NCBI GenBank assembly: GCA_964519245.1 | Contig: CAZFLK010000008.1 | Location: 5,854 to 69,853 of the forward strand | Direction of reading: 5' to 3' | From: an uncultured Verrucomicrobiota bacterium | Lineage (GTDB): Bacteria; Verrucomicrobiota; Verrucomicrobiia; Limisphaerales; JAYPEY01 | Length of the DNA: 64,000 nt | Part shown: positions 20,953 to 28,955 of the stretch, piece after piece | How positions within the stretch are numbered: the stretch's first letter is position 1 | Layout: the number at the start of each line of letters is the position of its first letter | Notes under the pieces: model-generated | The model's database searches: none | What the model was told of the DNA's origin: nothing | What the model saw: only the letters and a program-made list of their open reading frames with translations | Position numbers and translations under genes: made by a program

Positions 20953-21189
20953 GAGTCAAATATCGTGGAATGGTAAGAAACTGATTCAACCCTCACTTGG
21001 ATGCTGCTTTGGGTATTCAGTGTCCTCCGTGGTTGTTTGCAGTCAGCTATTGAGGCGTTCACTGAATTCTGATCGTTTTCTCCGGTAACCATTTCACTCC
21101 GAGTGATATTCCCTCTAAACCATTGTGACTGATCCGCAGTCCCAGCCGATCCAACGTAGTCAGATAAACGAGGACAGAAATCGAACAAC

Positions 21190-23190
21190 ATGAAGACACT
21201 CAGCCTCCTCTCCCGCGGCGTTTTCTTGGCGACGCTCTTCGCGCTGGTCTCACCCGCGGAAGCCAAATCACTCACCGGCAAAGTGGTCAGCGCCGAGGGC
21301 GGACCCATGGGCGGCGTCATGATCAGCGCCTTTGACGAGAAGCATCGCAAATGGGTTTCCGTCTTCAGCAAGAAGAACGGTTCCTACCAGCTCGATGGAC
21401 TCCGCGAGGTTGAGCACGAAGTTCGTGCGCGATTGTTGGGCTTTGTCGATGAATGGCGCGAGGATATCCAACCGGGACGCGACACGGTGGATTTCAAGAT
21501 GAGCCCGGCCACGGGTTACGACCTCGAGGAACAACGTCCGGCCAATAGCGGGTTTGCCATGCTCAAGTTCGACAGCATGCGCGACAAGCTGAACTTCAAG
21601 ATGATGTGCAGCTACTGCCATCAGATCGGGACCATCCCTTTCCGCACGCCCGAGAAGCCCGTCGACTGGGAGACCATGCTGCGACGCATGGATGGCTTCG
21701 GCGGGCTCTATCCGCACCTTCAGGAACAGATCATCCCGCGCATCATCGACACCTACAAGGACGCGGCCGTCGAGAAGTGGCCGAAATACGTCCCGCCGCC
21801 GCCGCCGTCCGGCACGGCCGCCAAAGTGCGCATCACCGCCTGGGAATTCGGCGAACAGTTCGAAAGCTCATTCCACGATCTGGAGTTGGGGCCGGACGGA
21901 CTCGTCTACGTCGTCAACATCAGCAAGCACTACCTGGGCGTCCTCGACACGAAGACCGGCAAGCAGGAGCAGTTCAAGATGCCGCGCGGCTCCTGGGGGC
22001 CGCACTCCATTGAACCGGACCTGGACGGGCACATGTGGATCACGCTCTGCGCCTCCGGCCAGATGGGCAAGTTTGATCTCAATACCCGGAAGATCACCGC
22101 CTACTCCAGCGCCGAGGCTCCCGCAAAGCGCGGCTCCTATCCGCACACACTGCGCGTCGACCCCAAGGATCCGGAAGGGTTGATCTGGTATACCGACGCC
22201 GGCCGCAATTCGGTCTTCTCCATGCATCCGAAGACCAAAGCCGTGAAGGAGTATCACCTGCTCAGCGAAGGGCAGGCGGTTGGCGCGGGCAAGGGCGAGT
22301 CACGCGGCATCACGCCCTACGGCCTGGACTACTCGCCCATCGACGGAATGATCTGGTATTCCAAGCTGAACGGAAACCGCATCGGCCGCATCGATCCCAA
22401 GGCGCCGGACGGCGACGTGAAGGAATGGAATCCGCCTTTCCGCGGTCCGCGTCGATTGCACATCGCGCCGAACGGGATCATCTGGGTCCCGGGCTTCGGT
22501 TCCGGCGTGCTGGGCAAGTTTGATCCCAAATCCGAGAAGTGGACGGTTTACGCCCTGCCCGATTCCGAGAATCAGATTCCCTATGCGCTCAACGTCGATC
22601 CCAAGGGCTTCGTCTGGGTCTGCGGCACGGGCAACGACACGATCAACCGCTTCGATCCCAGGACCGAGCGCTGGGTTGAGATCCGCCTGCCCATGCGCGT
22701 CAGCTACACACGCGAGATCGAGTTCGACGAGGAAGGCAATGTCTGGACGAGCACCAGCGGACCTTCGCGTCACATGGAGCGCGCCCTCGGTCAGGTCATC
22801 AAGATCGAGGTTCTTGAGGATCAAGGCGATGGAGTGAAGTTGGCCAAGGTCAATCTCACCGGCGACATGCTTGGCGCGCTGACGGCCGAGAACAAACCCA
22901 AGCCCATGGGAAAACGTCGCTACACCCCGCTGCCGAAGAATCCGCCCAAGGCGCGGAAGATCGACCACAAGCTGCTGGCGCACATCGAGAAGAACGTGAA
23001 ATTGCCGGAAGCCTATCTGAAGTCAAAGCACCAGGACTACGTGGACAAGCGCATGGCTGGATTCAACCAGCGTCAGCGCGAACGCCTTGGCCGGCTTTGG
23101 CAGGATAAACGCAAGGCCGCGCCCAAGATGAAGAACGCGGGTCATTCGTTCGTGAAGATCCTGGAGTTCGTGGGTGAGAATGTGAAGTAG
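21190..23190 (+). CDS. secreted multidomain protein: carboxypeptidase-regulatory-like N-domain, CxxCH motif, Vgb/SMP-30-like beta-propeller, shared C-terminal module
   Basis: Signal peptide. LTGKVVSAEGGPMGGVMISAFDEK...GSYQLDGL (CarboxypepD_reg-like). MMCSYCHQIG (CxxCH). Repeated blades: GPHSIEPDLDGHMWIT, PHTLRVDPKDPEGLIWYTD, PYGLDYSPIDGMIWYS, PRRLHIAPNGIIWVPG, PYALNVDPKGFVWVCG. Confidence 0.6.
   Translation: MKTLSLLSRGVFLATLFALVSPAEAKSLTGKVVSAEGGPMGGVMISAFDEKHRKWVSVFSKKNGSYQLDGLREVEHEVRARLLGFVDEWREDIQPGRDTVDFKMSPATGYDLEEQRPANSGFAMLKFDSMRDKLNFKMMCSYCHQIGTIPFRTPEKPVDWETMLRRMDGFGGLYPHLQEQIIPRIIDTYKDAAVEKWPKYVPPPPPSGTAAKVRITAWEFGEQFESSFHDLELGPDGLVYVVNISKHYLGVLDTKTGKQEQFKMPRGSWGPHSIEPDLDGHMWITLCASGQMGKFDLNTRKITAYSSAEAPAKRGSYPHTLRVDPKDPEGLIWYTDAGRNSVFSMHPKTKAVKEYHLLSEGQAVGAGKGESRGITPYGLDYSPIDGMIWYSKLNGNRIGRIDPKAPDGDVKEWNPPFRGPRRLHIAPNGIIWVPGFGSGVLGKFDPKSEKWTVYALPDSENQIPYALNVDPKGFVWVCGTGNDTINRFDPRTERWVEIRLPMRVSYTREIEFDEEGNVWTSTSGPSRHMERALGQVIKIEVLEDQGDGVKLAKVNLTGDMLGALTAENKPKPMGKRRYTPLPKNPPKARKIDHKLLAHIEKNVKLPEAYLKSKHQDYVDKRMAGFNQRQRERLGRLWQDKRKAAPKMKNAGHSFVKILEFVGENVK
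22966..23187 (+). other. shared C-terminal module, copy 3
   Basis: HKLLAHIEKNVKLPEAYLKSKHQDYVDKRMAGFNQRQRERLGRLWQDKRKAAPKMKNAGHSFVKILEFVGENVK. Confidence 0.7.
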
Positions 23191-23238
23191 GCGGCGGCGG
23201 AAGCATGAGATCAGACGCGCCTCAACCGCACGGTCAAA

Positions 23239-23432
23239 GGCCCAACGGGCCGACTCTATGTCAGCCCAGGCCAACGGCCTGGGAAACCGAATCGCCACAA
23301 AAGCAGAGCCCCAACGGGGCGGCCCTACGAGCGGCCAAGGATGTCATAGGGCCGCCCCTTTGGGGCTCCAGAATCGATAATGCACAACCCGGGGAGCTGC
23401 CTTGGGCTGACATAGGGCTGGCCCGTTGGGCC
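23239..23432. repeat. ~195-bp nested imperfect palindrome built from GSCCC-NNN-GGGSC mini-hairpins
   Basis: The outer arms (23239-23270 and 23400-23432) pair as 13 + 12 perfect bp. The inner arms (23306-23328 and 23346-23368) match at 21 of 23 positions. Local hairpin cccaggcc-aacg-ggcctggg at 23265-23283. Confidence 0.6.
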
Positions 23433-23497
23433 GGAATCCTGCACAAGAACTCCGAAGACGCGGCATATCCTGTTCGACTGATCAACCTCAACAAACC

Positions 23498-24268
23498 ATG
23501 AACAAATCCCTTCCCATTCTCGCGGTCCTGCTGTCGTGCGCAGCCTTGGCGACCGCCGTGTTCAACCGCCCTTCGTCAGTCGGTTCGACGAACACGTCTT
23601 CCACGGCCGCATCCGATCAAACCGGTCTCGCCGAACTCAAGAATGAGATCGCGCAACTCAAGACGGCCAACGCGGCGCTGAAGGCGCAACTCGCCGAGAT
23701 GAACAGCAAGCCCTTGCGCATCGTGGACAACACGCTCGAGGTCCAGGCCCTTGGCGAACGCATCGCCAAGCTGGAGAGCTCCCAGAGCGAGGTGATCGAG
23801 GCGGTGAATGAGACCGACAAGTATGGCGTTATCGCCGCGATGGAGAAGGAGATCGCCAGCGCCTACACGACGCTCATGGACGCCGAGCAGTCCGCCGGAG
23901 CGCGGTTGAAACAGGTCGGACAGTTGAAACGTTACGGCTACTTCGACGAGAAGGCGTTGAAGGCTGTGACCGACATCTACGCAGGCACGGACGATTTCAA
24001 TCAGAAAGGCGCGGCGTTGCGGGCGATGACGGGATCGATCACGCCGCAGATCCGCGATCAAATCCTCGCCGATCTGAGCGCCGAGGTCGAAGCCGGCAAC
24101 AAGTCCGGACGGTACCGCTACTACGCCATCGAGGCCCTGGAGCCTTTGGCCAACGATCCAACCGTTCAAGAATGGCTTGGCCATCTCGCCCAGAACGATC
24201 CCGAACCAAAGCTGGCCGCCCGAGCCAGTCAGGCCTTGGGTGGAGATCCAGCGCCACGTAGGAAGTAG
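23498..24268 (+). CDS. hypothetical membrane-anchored/secreted protein (coiled coil plus HEAT-like C-terminus)
   Basis: The ATG at 23498 gives MNKSLPILAVLLSCAALATAVF. A heptad-like stretch (LAELKNEIAQLKTANAALKAQLAEM) follows. No family recognised. The ORF-track start at 23426 lies inside the palindromic element. Confidence 0.55.
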   Translation: MNKSLPILAVLLSCAALATAVFNRPSSVGSTNTSSTAASDQTGLAELKNEIAQLKTANAALKAQLAEMNSKPLRIVDNTLEVQALGERIAKLESSQSEVIEAVNETDKYGVIAAMEKEIASAYTTLMDAEQSAGARLKQVGQLKRYGYFDEKALKAVTDIYAGTDDFNQKGAALRAMTGSITPQIRDQILADLSAEVEAGNKSGRYRYYAIEALEPLANDPTVQEWLGHLAQNDPEPKLAARASQALGGDPAPRRK

Positions 24269-24305
24269 ATTCACTCTTCGTCACCCTCCCCGTTTTTCGC
24301 ATTCC

Positions 24306-27300
24306 ATGAATTCTCGCGCATTACTTTCAATCTTTGCACTGGCGGCAACTGCGGCGACGACGTCCGCCGCGCCACAACCCGCCACGATCGGTCACCCTTC
24401 CTTCCTCAGCCCGCACTCGCGTCCCATTGCCATTCACGACAAGCATGTTTTCGTCGCGAACACGCCAGCCGATACGGTCGATGTCATCGAAAGGACATCG
24501 CGGAAAGTCGTTCGACGCATCGACGTCGGCATTGACCCGGTCAGCGTGGTGGTGCGTCCGGATGGAAAAGAGATCTGGGTCGCCAATCACGTGTCGGACT
24601 CGGTGAGTGTCATCGATCTGGATTCAGCCAGTCCAACCCGGTTTCACGTCGTTGCCACGGTTCAGGATCTGGACGCCAGATCAAAGGCCACCCGATTCGA
24701 TGAACCGGTCGGCATCGCCTTCGCCAACAATCAAAAGGCCTACGTGGCTTTGTCCTCAGAGAACAAGATCGCGGTCGTCGATGTGGCTTCCCGCAAGGTC
24801 ACGAAGCGTCTGAACATCACGGCGCAGGATCCGCGCGCGATCGCGGTTCACGGCGACCGGCTTTACGTCGTTCCGTTCGAGTCAAACAACAAGACCCAGT
24901 TATCCGGGGGAGCGAAAGAGAAGATCGACGGCGACCTGGTGACCTTCGACGCCTGGGAACATTCCATTCGCGTCAACAACGTCCTGTCCATCGGGCACAG
25001 GACCGACATCGTGAAACATCCGCGCGTGCCGGATCGCGACCTGTATGTCTTCGACACGAAGACCGACAAACTCGTCAAGACGGTGGATACGTTGGGCACC
25101 TTGCTTTACGGGCTGGCGATCGATTCGAAAGGCAGCGTCTTCATCGCCCAGACGGATGCGCGCAACGACGCCAACGGCCGGGCCGGCACAAAGGGGCACG
25201 GCCTGAAGGAACTGGAGAATCGCGCCTTTCTGAATCGGATCACAAGGGTTGATTTCGATGGCGCCGCCGCCAGGAAGCCAAAGTTCATCGAGCTTGAGCC
25301 GCTTCCGCCGAATCATCCCGATGACGATCAGGCGTTGGCCACCCCGTTTGCCATCCGGGTGAGCAAAGATGGCTCCACCTTGGTCGCGACCGCGGCGGGG
25401 TCTGACAAGTTGTTCACGGTTGATGCCGCGAGCGGGAAAGTGCAGGGGCGCGTGGAGGTCGGCTCCGTGCCGCGAGGCATTGCGCTGGAATCCGACGAAA
25501 ACGGCAAACCCGAACGGGCATGGGTGTTGAACGCCGTGGACAACTCCGTCTCGGTGGTCGATGTCAGCGAGTCAATCAAACTTCGCGTCACGGCGACGAT
25601 CCCGTTGAACGATCCGACTCATCCAGCATTCAAGCGCGGTCGCATCGCCTTCAACAAGGCCGCCGCCTCGACGACCGGCACGTTCTCCTGCGCCAGTTGT
25701 CATCCCGACGGGCACACGGACCAGCTTCTGTGGGTGCTGCAGACGCCGGTCGTCACGCGCGGCAGCCAGATCATGCCGCGTTCCACGATGCCCGTGCGCG
25801 GCCTGCGCGACACCGAGCCTTACCACTGGGACGGCATTCCCGGCGATCCCTACGGCGGCATCAACAGCGCCAGCGTCCGCAAGCACGTCCCGCCCAACTG
25901 CGATGTCAACGTCCCTGAAAGCGCGACACGGCACCTGATCGACGGAGGGCTCGCCGCCACGATGGCCATGGTCGGCGACAAGACCAAGAACGACGAAGGC
26001 AAGCCCGGCCGCCTCACTGCGAAGGAGCGGGATGACATGGCGAAGTTTCTTCTGAACGTCACCTATCCGCCCGCTCAACGGCGGGCCTACGACAACGAGT
26101 TGTCGACGGGGGCGCGTCGGGGATTCGAATTGTTCAACATCATTGGCGACATTGGCAACAAGCCTGGGACCATGCATTGCGGCAACTGCCACCGCATGCC
26201 GTTCTGGGTGAGCACCAATACCCGCGGTTCAGGCATGGACGCCCCGACCTGGCGCGGCGCCTACGATCGTTTCCTGATCCTGCCGCAGGGGCGCCTGAAC
26301 ATCATTGGCTTTCCCTTCTATCGACGCATCGCCGATGGCGGACAGAATGAGCGCGACATTTGGCGCATGTCCTGGAGCAGCCGCAAGGCGTTCGATCCGG
26401 TTTGGAACATGGTCCTCGAGGGCAGCACGGGTTTCTCGGGTTCTCTGGGCAGGCAAACCACGTTGAACAAACAGACCGCGAAGGAGGAGCTCAACGCCGA
26501 TCTGCTAGCGGCATTGGAGAAATCGGCTTCGGAAGGCGGCGTGGTCCTCCAGGTCGAAGGCGCGTTCATCAACGACAAGAAGGTCAATGCGACAAGGCTG
26601 CAATTCCGAGATGGCGTTTACTTCGACGCCGCGAATCCAGACAAGACCTATCCCCGCAGGCGACTCATCCAACTCGCGTCGACCGGCAGGTTCGTAGGCA
26701 CATTCACCGGACGCCACGGGGAGAACGACGACTACGACCACCCGCAACCCGCGCTCTGGACGCGCGGGCCGATCCACACGCAACGCGGCAAGCAGGAGTT
26801 CCCCAAGCTCTATGGCGACAACCGCACCATGAAGGTCAGCGGACGGCACATTCGTGAAGGAGCGCATATCATTGTCGACGGTCGCCGGGTTTCCGGAACC
26901 ATCCGCATTGCCGGGAAAGACAATGTGGACATTGCCCTGGATGAGCTTCCCGAATTTGGCCTGCATTTCATCCAGGTTCAGAATCCGAACGGCCTGTTCA
27001 GCAACGATTTCATCTTCCACGTCACGGACGGACCGGAGAAAGCCGCCGAATTGCAGACGGCCCTCGAGGCGGCCGTCGCTTTGGGAGACCTCGAGGAAGC
27101 CAAACGGTTGATCGCTCGAGGCGCGAAGATCAATGCGCTGGCCAGGGAAAGCGGATCTCCCATGAGCACGGCTGCCTACCACGGCCGCATGGCAATGCTG
27201 CGACAATTGCTCGCGGACGGCGGCAATCCCAACTTCGAGAATCGCGATGGCAATACTCCGCTTCACGTCGCCGCGTTTGCCGGCGAGATTGAAATCGTGA

Positions 27301-27506
27301 AGTTCCTGCTCGCGAAGGGCGCGTCGACGGCCAAGCGCAATCGCAATCGGCAAACCGCCGCCGATATCGTTGCCGGTGAATGGAGCGAGGAGACCGCGGG
27401 GATCTATCGCGCCATCGGGGATGCGACCGGACGCGAGTTCGACCTTGATCACATCCGTGAGATCCGCCCCAAGGTTGCCAAACTTCTCAACTCCCGTTCG
27501 AAGTAA
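24306..27506 (+). CDS. secreted multidomain protein: YVTN-type beta-propeller, two CxxCH motifs, IPT/TIG-like segment, C-terminal ankyrin repeats
   Basis: The ATG at 24306 gives the signal peptide MNSRALLSIFALAATAATTSAAP. YVTN-like repeats (VFVANTPADTVDVIERTSRKVVRRIDVGIDPVSVVVRPDGKEIWVANHVSDSVSVIDL). FSCASCHPDGHTDQLLW and MHCGNCHRMPFW. Ankyrin repeats (NRDGNTPLHVAAFAGEIEIVKFLLAKGAS). Confidence 0.7.
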   Translation: MNSRALLSIFALAATAATTSAAPQPATIGHPSFLSPHSRPIAIHDKHVFVANTPADTVDVIERTSRKVVRRIDVGIDPVSVVVRPDGKEIWVANHVSDSVSVIDLDSASPTRFHVVATVQDLDARSKATRFDEPVGIAFANNQKAYVALSSENKIAVVDVASRKVTKRLNITAQDPRAIAVHGDRLYVVPFESNNKTQLSGGAKEKIDGDLVTFDAWEHSIRVNNVLSIGHRTDIVKHPRVPDRDLYVFDTKTDKLVKTVDTLGTLLYGLAIDSKGSVFIAQTDARNDANGRAGTKGHGLKELENRAFLNRITRVDFDGAAARKPKFIELEPLPPNHPDDDQALATPFAIRVSKDGSTLVATAAGSDKLFTVDAASGKVQGRVEVGSVPRGIALESDENGKPERAWVLNAVDNSVSVVDVSESIKLRVTATIPLNDPTHPAFKRGRIAFNKAAASTTGTFSCASCHPDGHTDQLLWVLQTPVVTRGSQIMPRSTMPVRGLRDTEPYHWDGIPGDPYGGINSASVRKHVPPNCDVNVPESATRHLIDGGLAATMAMVGDKTKNDEGKPGRLTAKERDDMAKFLLNVTYPPAQRRAYDNELSTGARRGFELFNIIGDIGNKPGTMHCGNCHRMPFWVSTNTRGSGMDAPTWRGAYDRFLILPQGRLNIIGFPFYRRIADGGQNERDIWRMSWSSRKAFDPVWNMVLEGSTGFSGSLGRQTTLNKQTAKEELNADLLAALEKSASEGGVVLQVEGAFINDKKVNATRLQFRDGVYFDAANPDKTYPRRRLIQLASTGRFVGTFTGRHGENDDYDHPQPALWTRGPIHTQRGKQEFPKLYGDNRTMKVSGRHIREGAHIIVDGRRVSGTIRIAGKDNVDIALDELPEFGLHFIQVQNPNGLFSNDFIFHVTDGPEKAAELQTALEAAVALGDLEEAKRLIARGAKINALARESGSPMSTAAYHGRMAMLRQLLADGGNPNFENRDGNTPLHVAAFAGEIEIVKFLLAKGASTAKRNRNRQTAADIVAGEWSEETAGIYRAIGDATGREFDLDHIREIRPKVAKLLNSRSK

Positions 27507-27518
27507 ACGGACTTCTCC

Positions 27519-28955
27519 ATGAAAAAGACGCTGCTTCTGGCCTTGGCTCTCTGCTTTTGCCCTGCGCTGTTTGGAGATCCGTCTGCCGGGCCCAATGTGC
27601 TCTTCATCGCCGTTGATGACCTGAATGACTGGACGGGTTGCCTTGGCGGTCATTCGCAGGGCAAGACGCCCAACATCGATCGTCTCGCCGAACGGGGCGT
27701 GCTGTTCGAACAGGCGCATTGCGCGGCGCCGCTTTGCAGTCCATCCCGCACGGCGATCATGATGGGGCTTCGTCCTTCCACGACCGGCATCTACGGCAAC
27801 CTCTATTGGTTCCGCGACCTGCCGGAATACACGGACTGGGTGACCTTGCCGCAATACTTCCGCCGGCATGGCTACCTGGCTTGGGGCGGCGGCAAGCTCT
27901 ATCATATGGCGCAGGGCAAGTTCTCCGACGCCCAGGCCTGGGATCATGTCTACTCCACCCGCACCGGCGCTCTTCCTCCGCCCAAGAGCGAACGCTACCA
28001 GCACGGTCTGCGACCGAAGTTTGAATCCAATCCCATCCTCGCCCGCCTGATCGACTGGGGGCCGACCGATCATCCATTGGAGGCGAATCCCGACTGGAAG
28101 ACGGCCGATGGCGCCGCTCAGTTCCTGCAACGCGATCACGACAAGCCCTTCTTTCTCGGTTGTGGAATCTATCTCCCGCATCTCCCGTGGTATGCTCCGC
28201 GAGAGTTCTTCGATAGGCATCCGTTGGAGGATATTGAGCTCCCTCCGCACAATCCCAATGACTTTGACGACATCCCGGCCATCGGCCGACGCATGGGGGA
28301 GAAACACATCAAGCACATCCGCGCGAGCGGCAAGTGGAAGGAAGCCGTGCAGGCCTGCCTGGCCGCCGATTCCTTCGCCGACGCCTGCGTGGGACACGTC
28401 TTGGACGCTTTGGCGAAGAGTCGGTATCGCGACAATACGATCGTCGTTCTCTGGGGCGATCACGGTTACGACATCGGCGAGAAGAAGATCGCGAAGTCGG
28501 CCTTGTGGGAACAAACGACGCGCACACCGCTGATCATTCATGTTCCGAGAAAGCTGCGCGGCAAATCGTGGAACACCTCGACCACGACCTGCAAACGACC
28601 GGTCAGTCTGCTCGACCTGTATCCCACCTTGATCGAGCTTTGCGGCCTGCCGCCGAATCCGAAACTCGAAGGCCGCAGCCTCGCGCCGCTCGTTCGCAAT
28701 CCCGATGCCGATTGGCCCTATCCCGCCCTGATCACCCACTCGCCACAGTGGCATGGCAACAATCACGCCGTCCGCTCAGAACGCTGGCACTTCATCCACT
28801 ACGCCGACGGCGGCGAGGAACTTTACGACATGAGCAAGGACCCCAATCAGTGGACGAATCTTGCGAATCATCCTGATATGAGTTTGGTGAAGGCAAGGCT
28901 TCGCAAGTGGCTGCCCAAGACAAACGCCAGACATTCACGCGGCAAACAGAAATGA
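27519..28955 (+). CDS. sulfatase (S1 family, iduronate-2-sulfatase-like, canonical CSPSR)
   Basis: Signal peptide. PNVLFIAVDDLNDW, APLCSPSRTAIMMGLRPS, VVLWGDHGYDIGEK. Confidence 0.9.
   Translation: MKKTLLLALALCFCPALFGDPSAGPNVLFIAVDDLNDWTGCLGGHSQGKTPNIDRLAERGVLFEQAHCAAPLCSPSRTAIMMGLRPSTTGIYGNLYWFRDLPEYTDWVTLPQYFRRHGYLAWGGGKLYHMAQGKFSDAQAWDHVYSTRTGALPPPKSERYQHGLRPKFESNPILARLIDWGPTDHPLEANPDWKTADGAAQFLQRDHDKPFFLGCGIYLPHLPWYAPREFFDRHPLEDIELPPHNPNDFDDIPAIGRRMGEKHIKHIRASGKWKEAVQACLAADSFADACVGHVLDALAKSRYRDNTIVVLWGDHGYDIGEKKIAKSALWEQTTRTPLIIHVPRKLRGKSWNTSTTTCKRPVSLLDLYPTLIELCGLPPNPKLEGRSLAPLVRNPDADWPYPALITHSPQWHGNNHAVRSERWHFIHYADGGEELYDMSKDPNQWTNLANHPDMSLVKARLRKWLPKTNARHSRGKQK

Noticed and set aside
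23205-23501. 98-aa (+) and 77-aa (-) ORFs over the intergenic palindrome
   Set aside because: Both strands are open only because of the palindromic GC-rich repeat. The mirror-image peptide sequences indicate non-coding repeat DNA.
24177-24305. N-terminal extension of the 1109-aa ORF
   Set aside because: It overlaps the 3' end of the upstream gene. A canonical signal peptide begins at the internal ATG at 24306.
26505-28766. 753-aa ORF on the minus strand
   Set aside because: It is antisense to the 3' end of the propeller/ankyrin gene and to the CSPSR sulfatase. It has shadow-ORF composition and no recognisable motifs.
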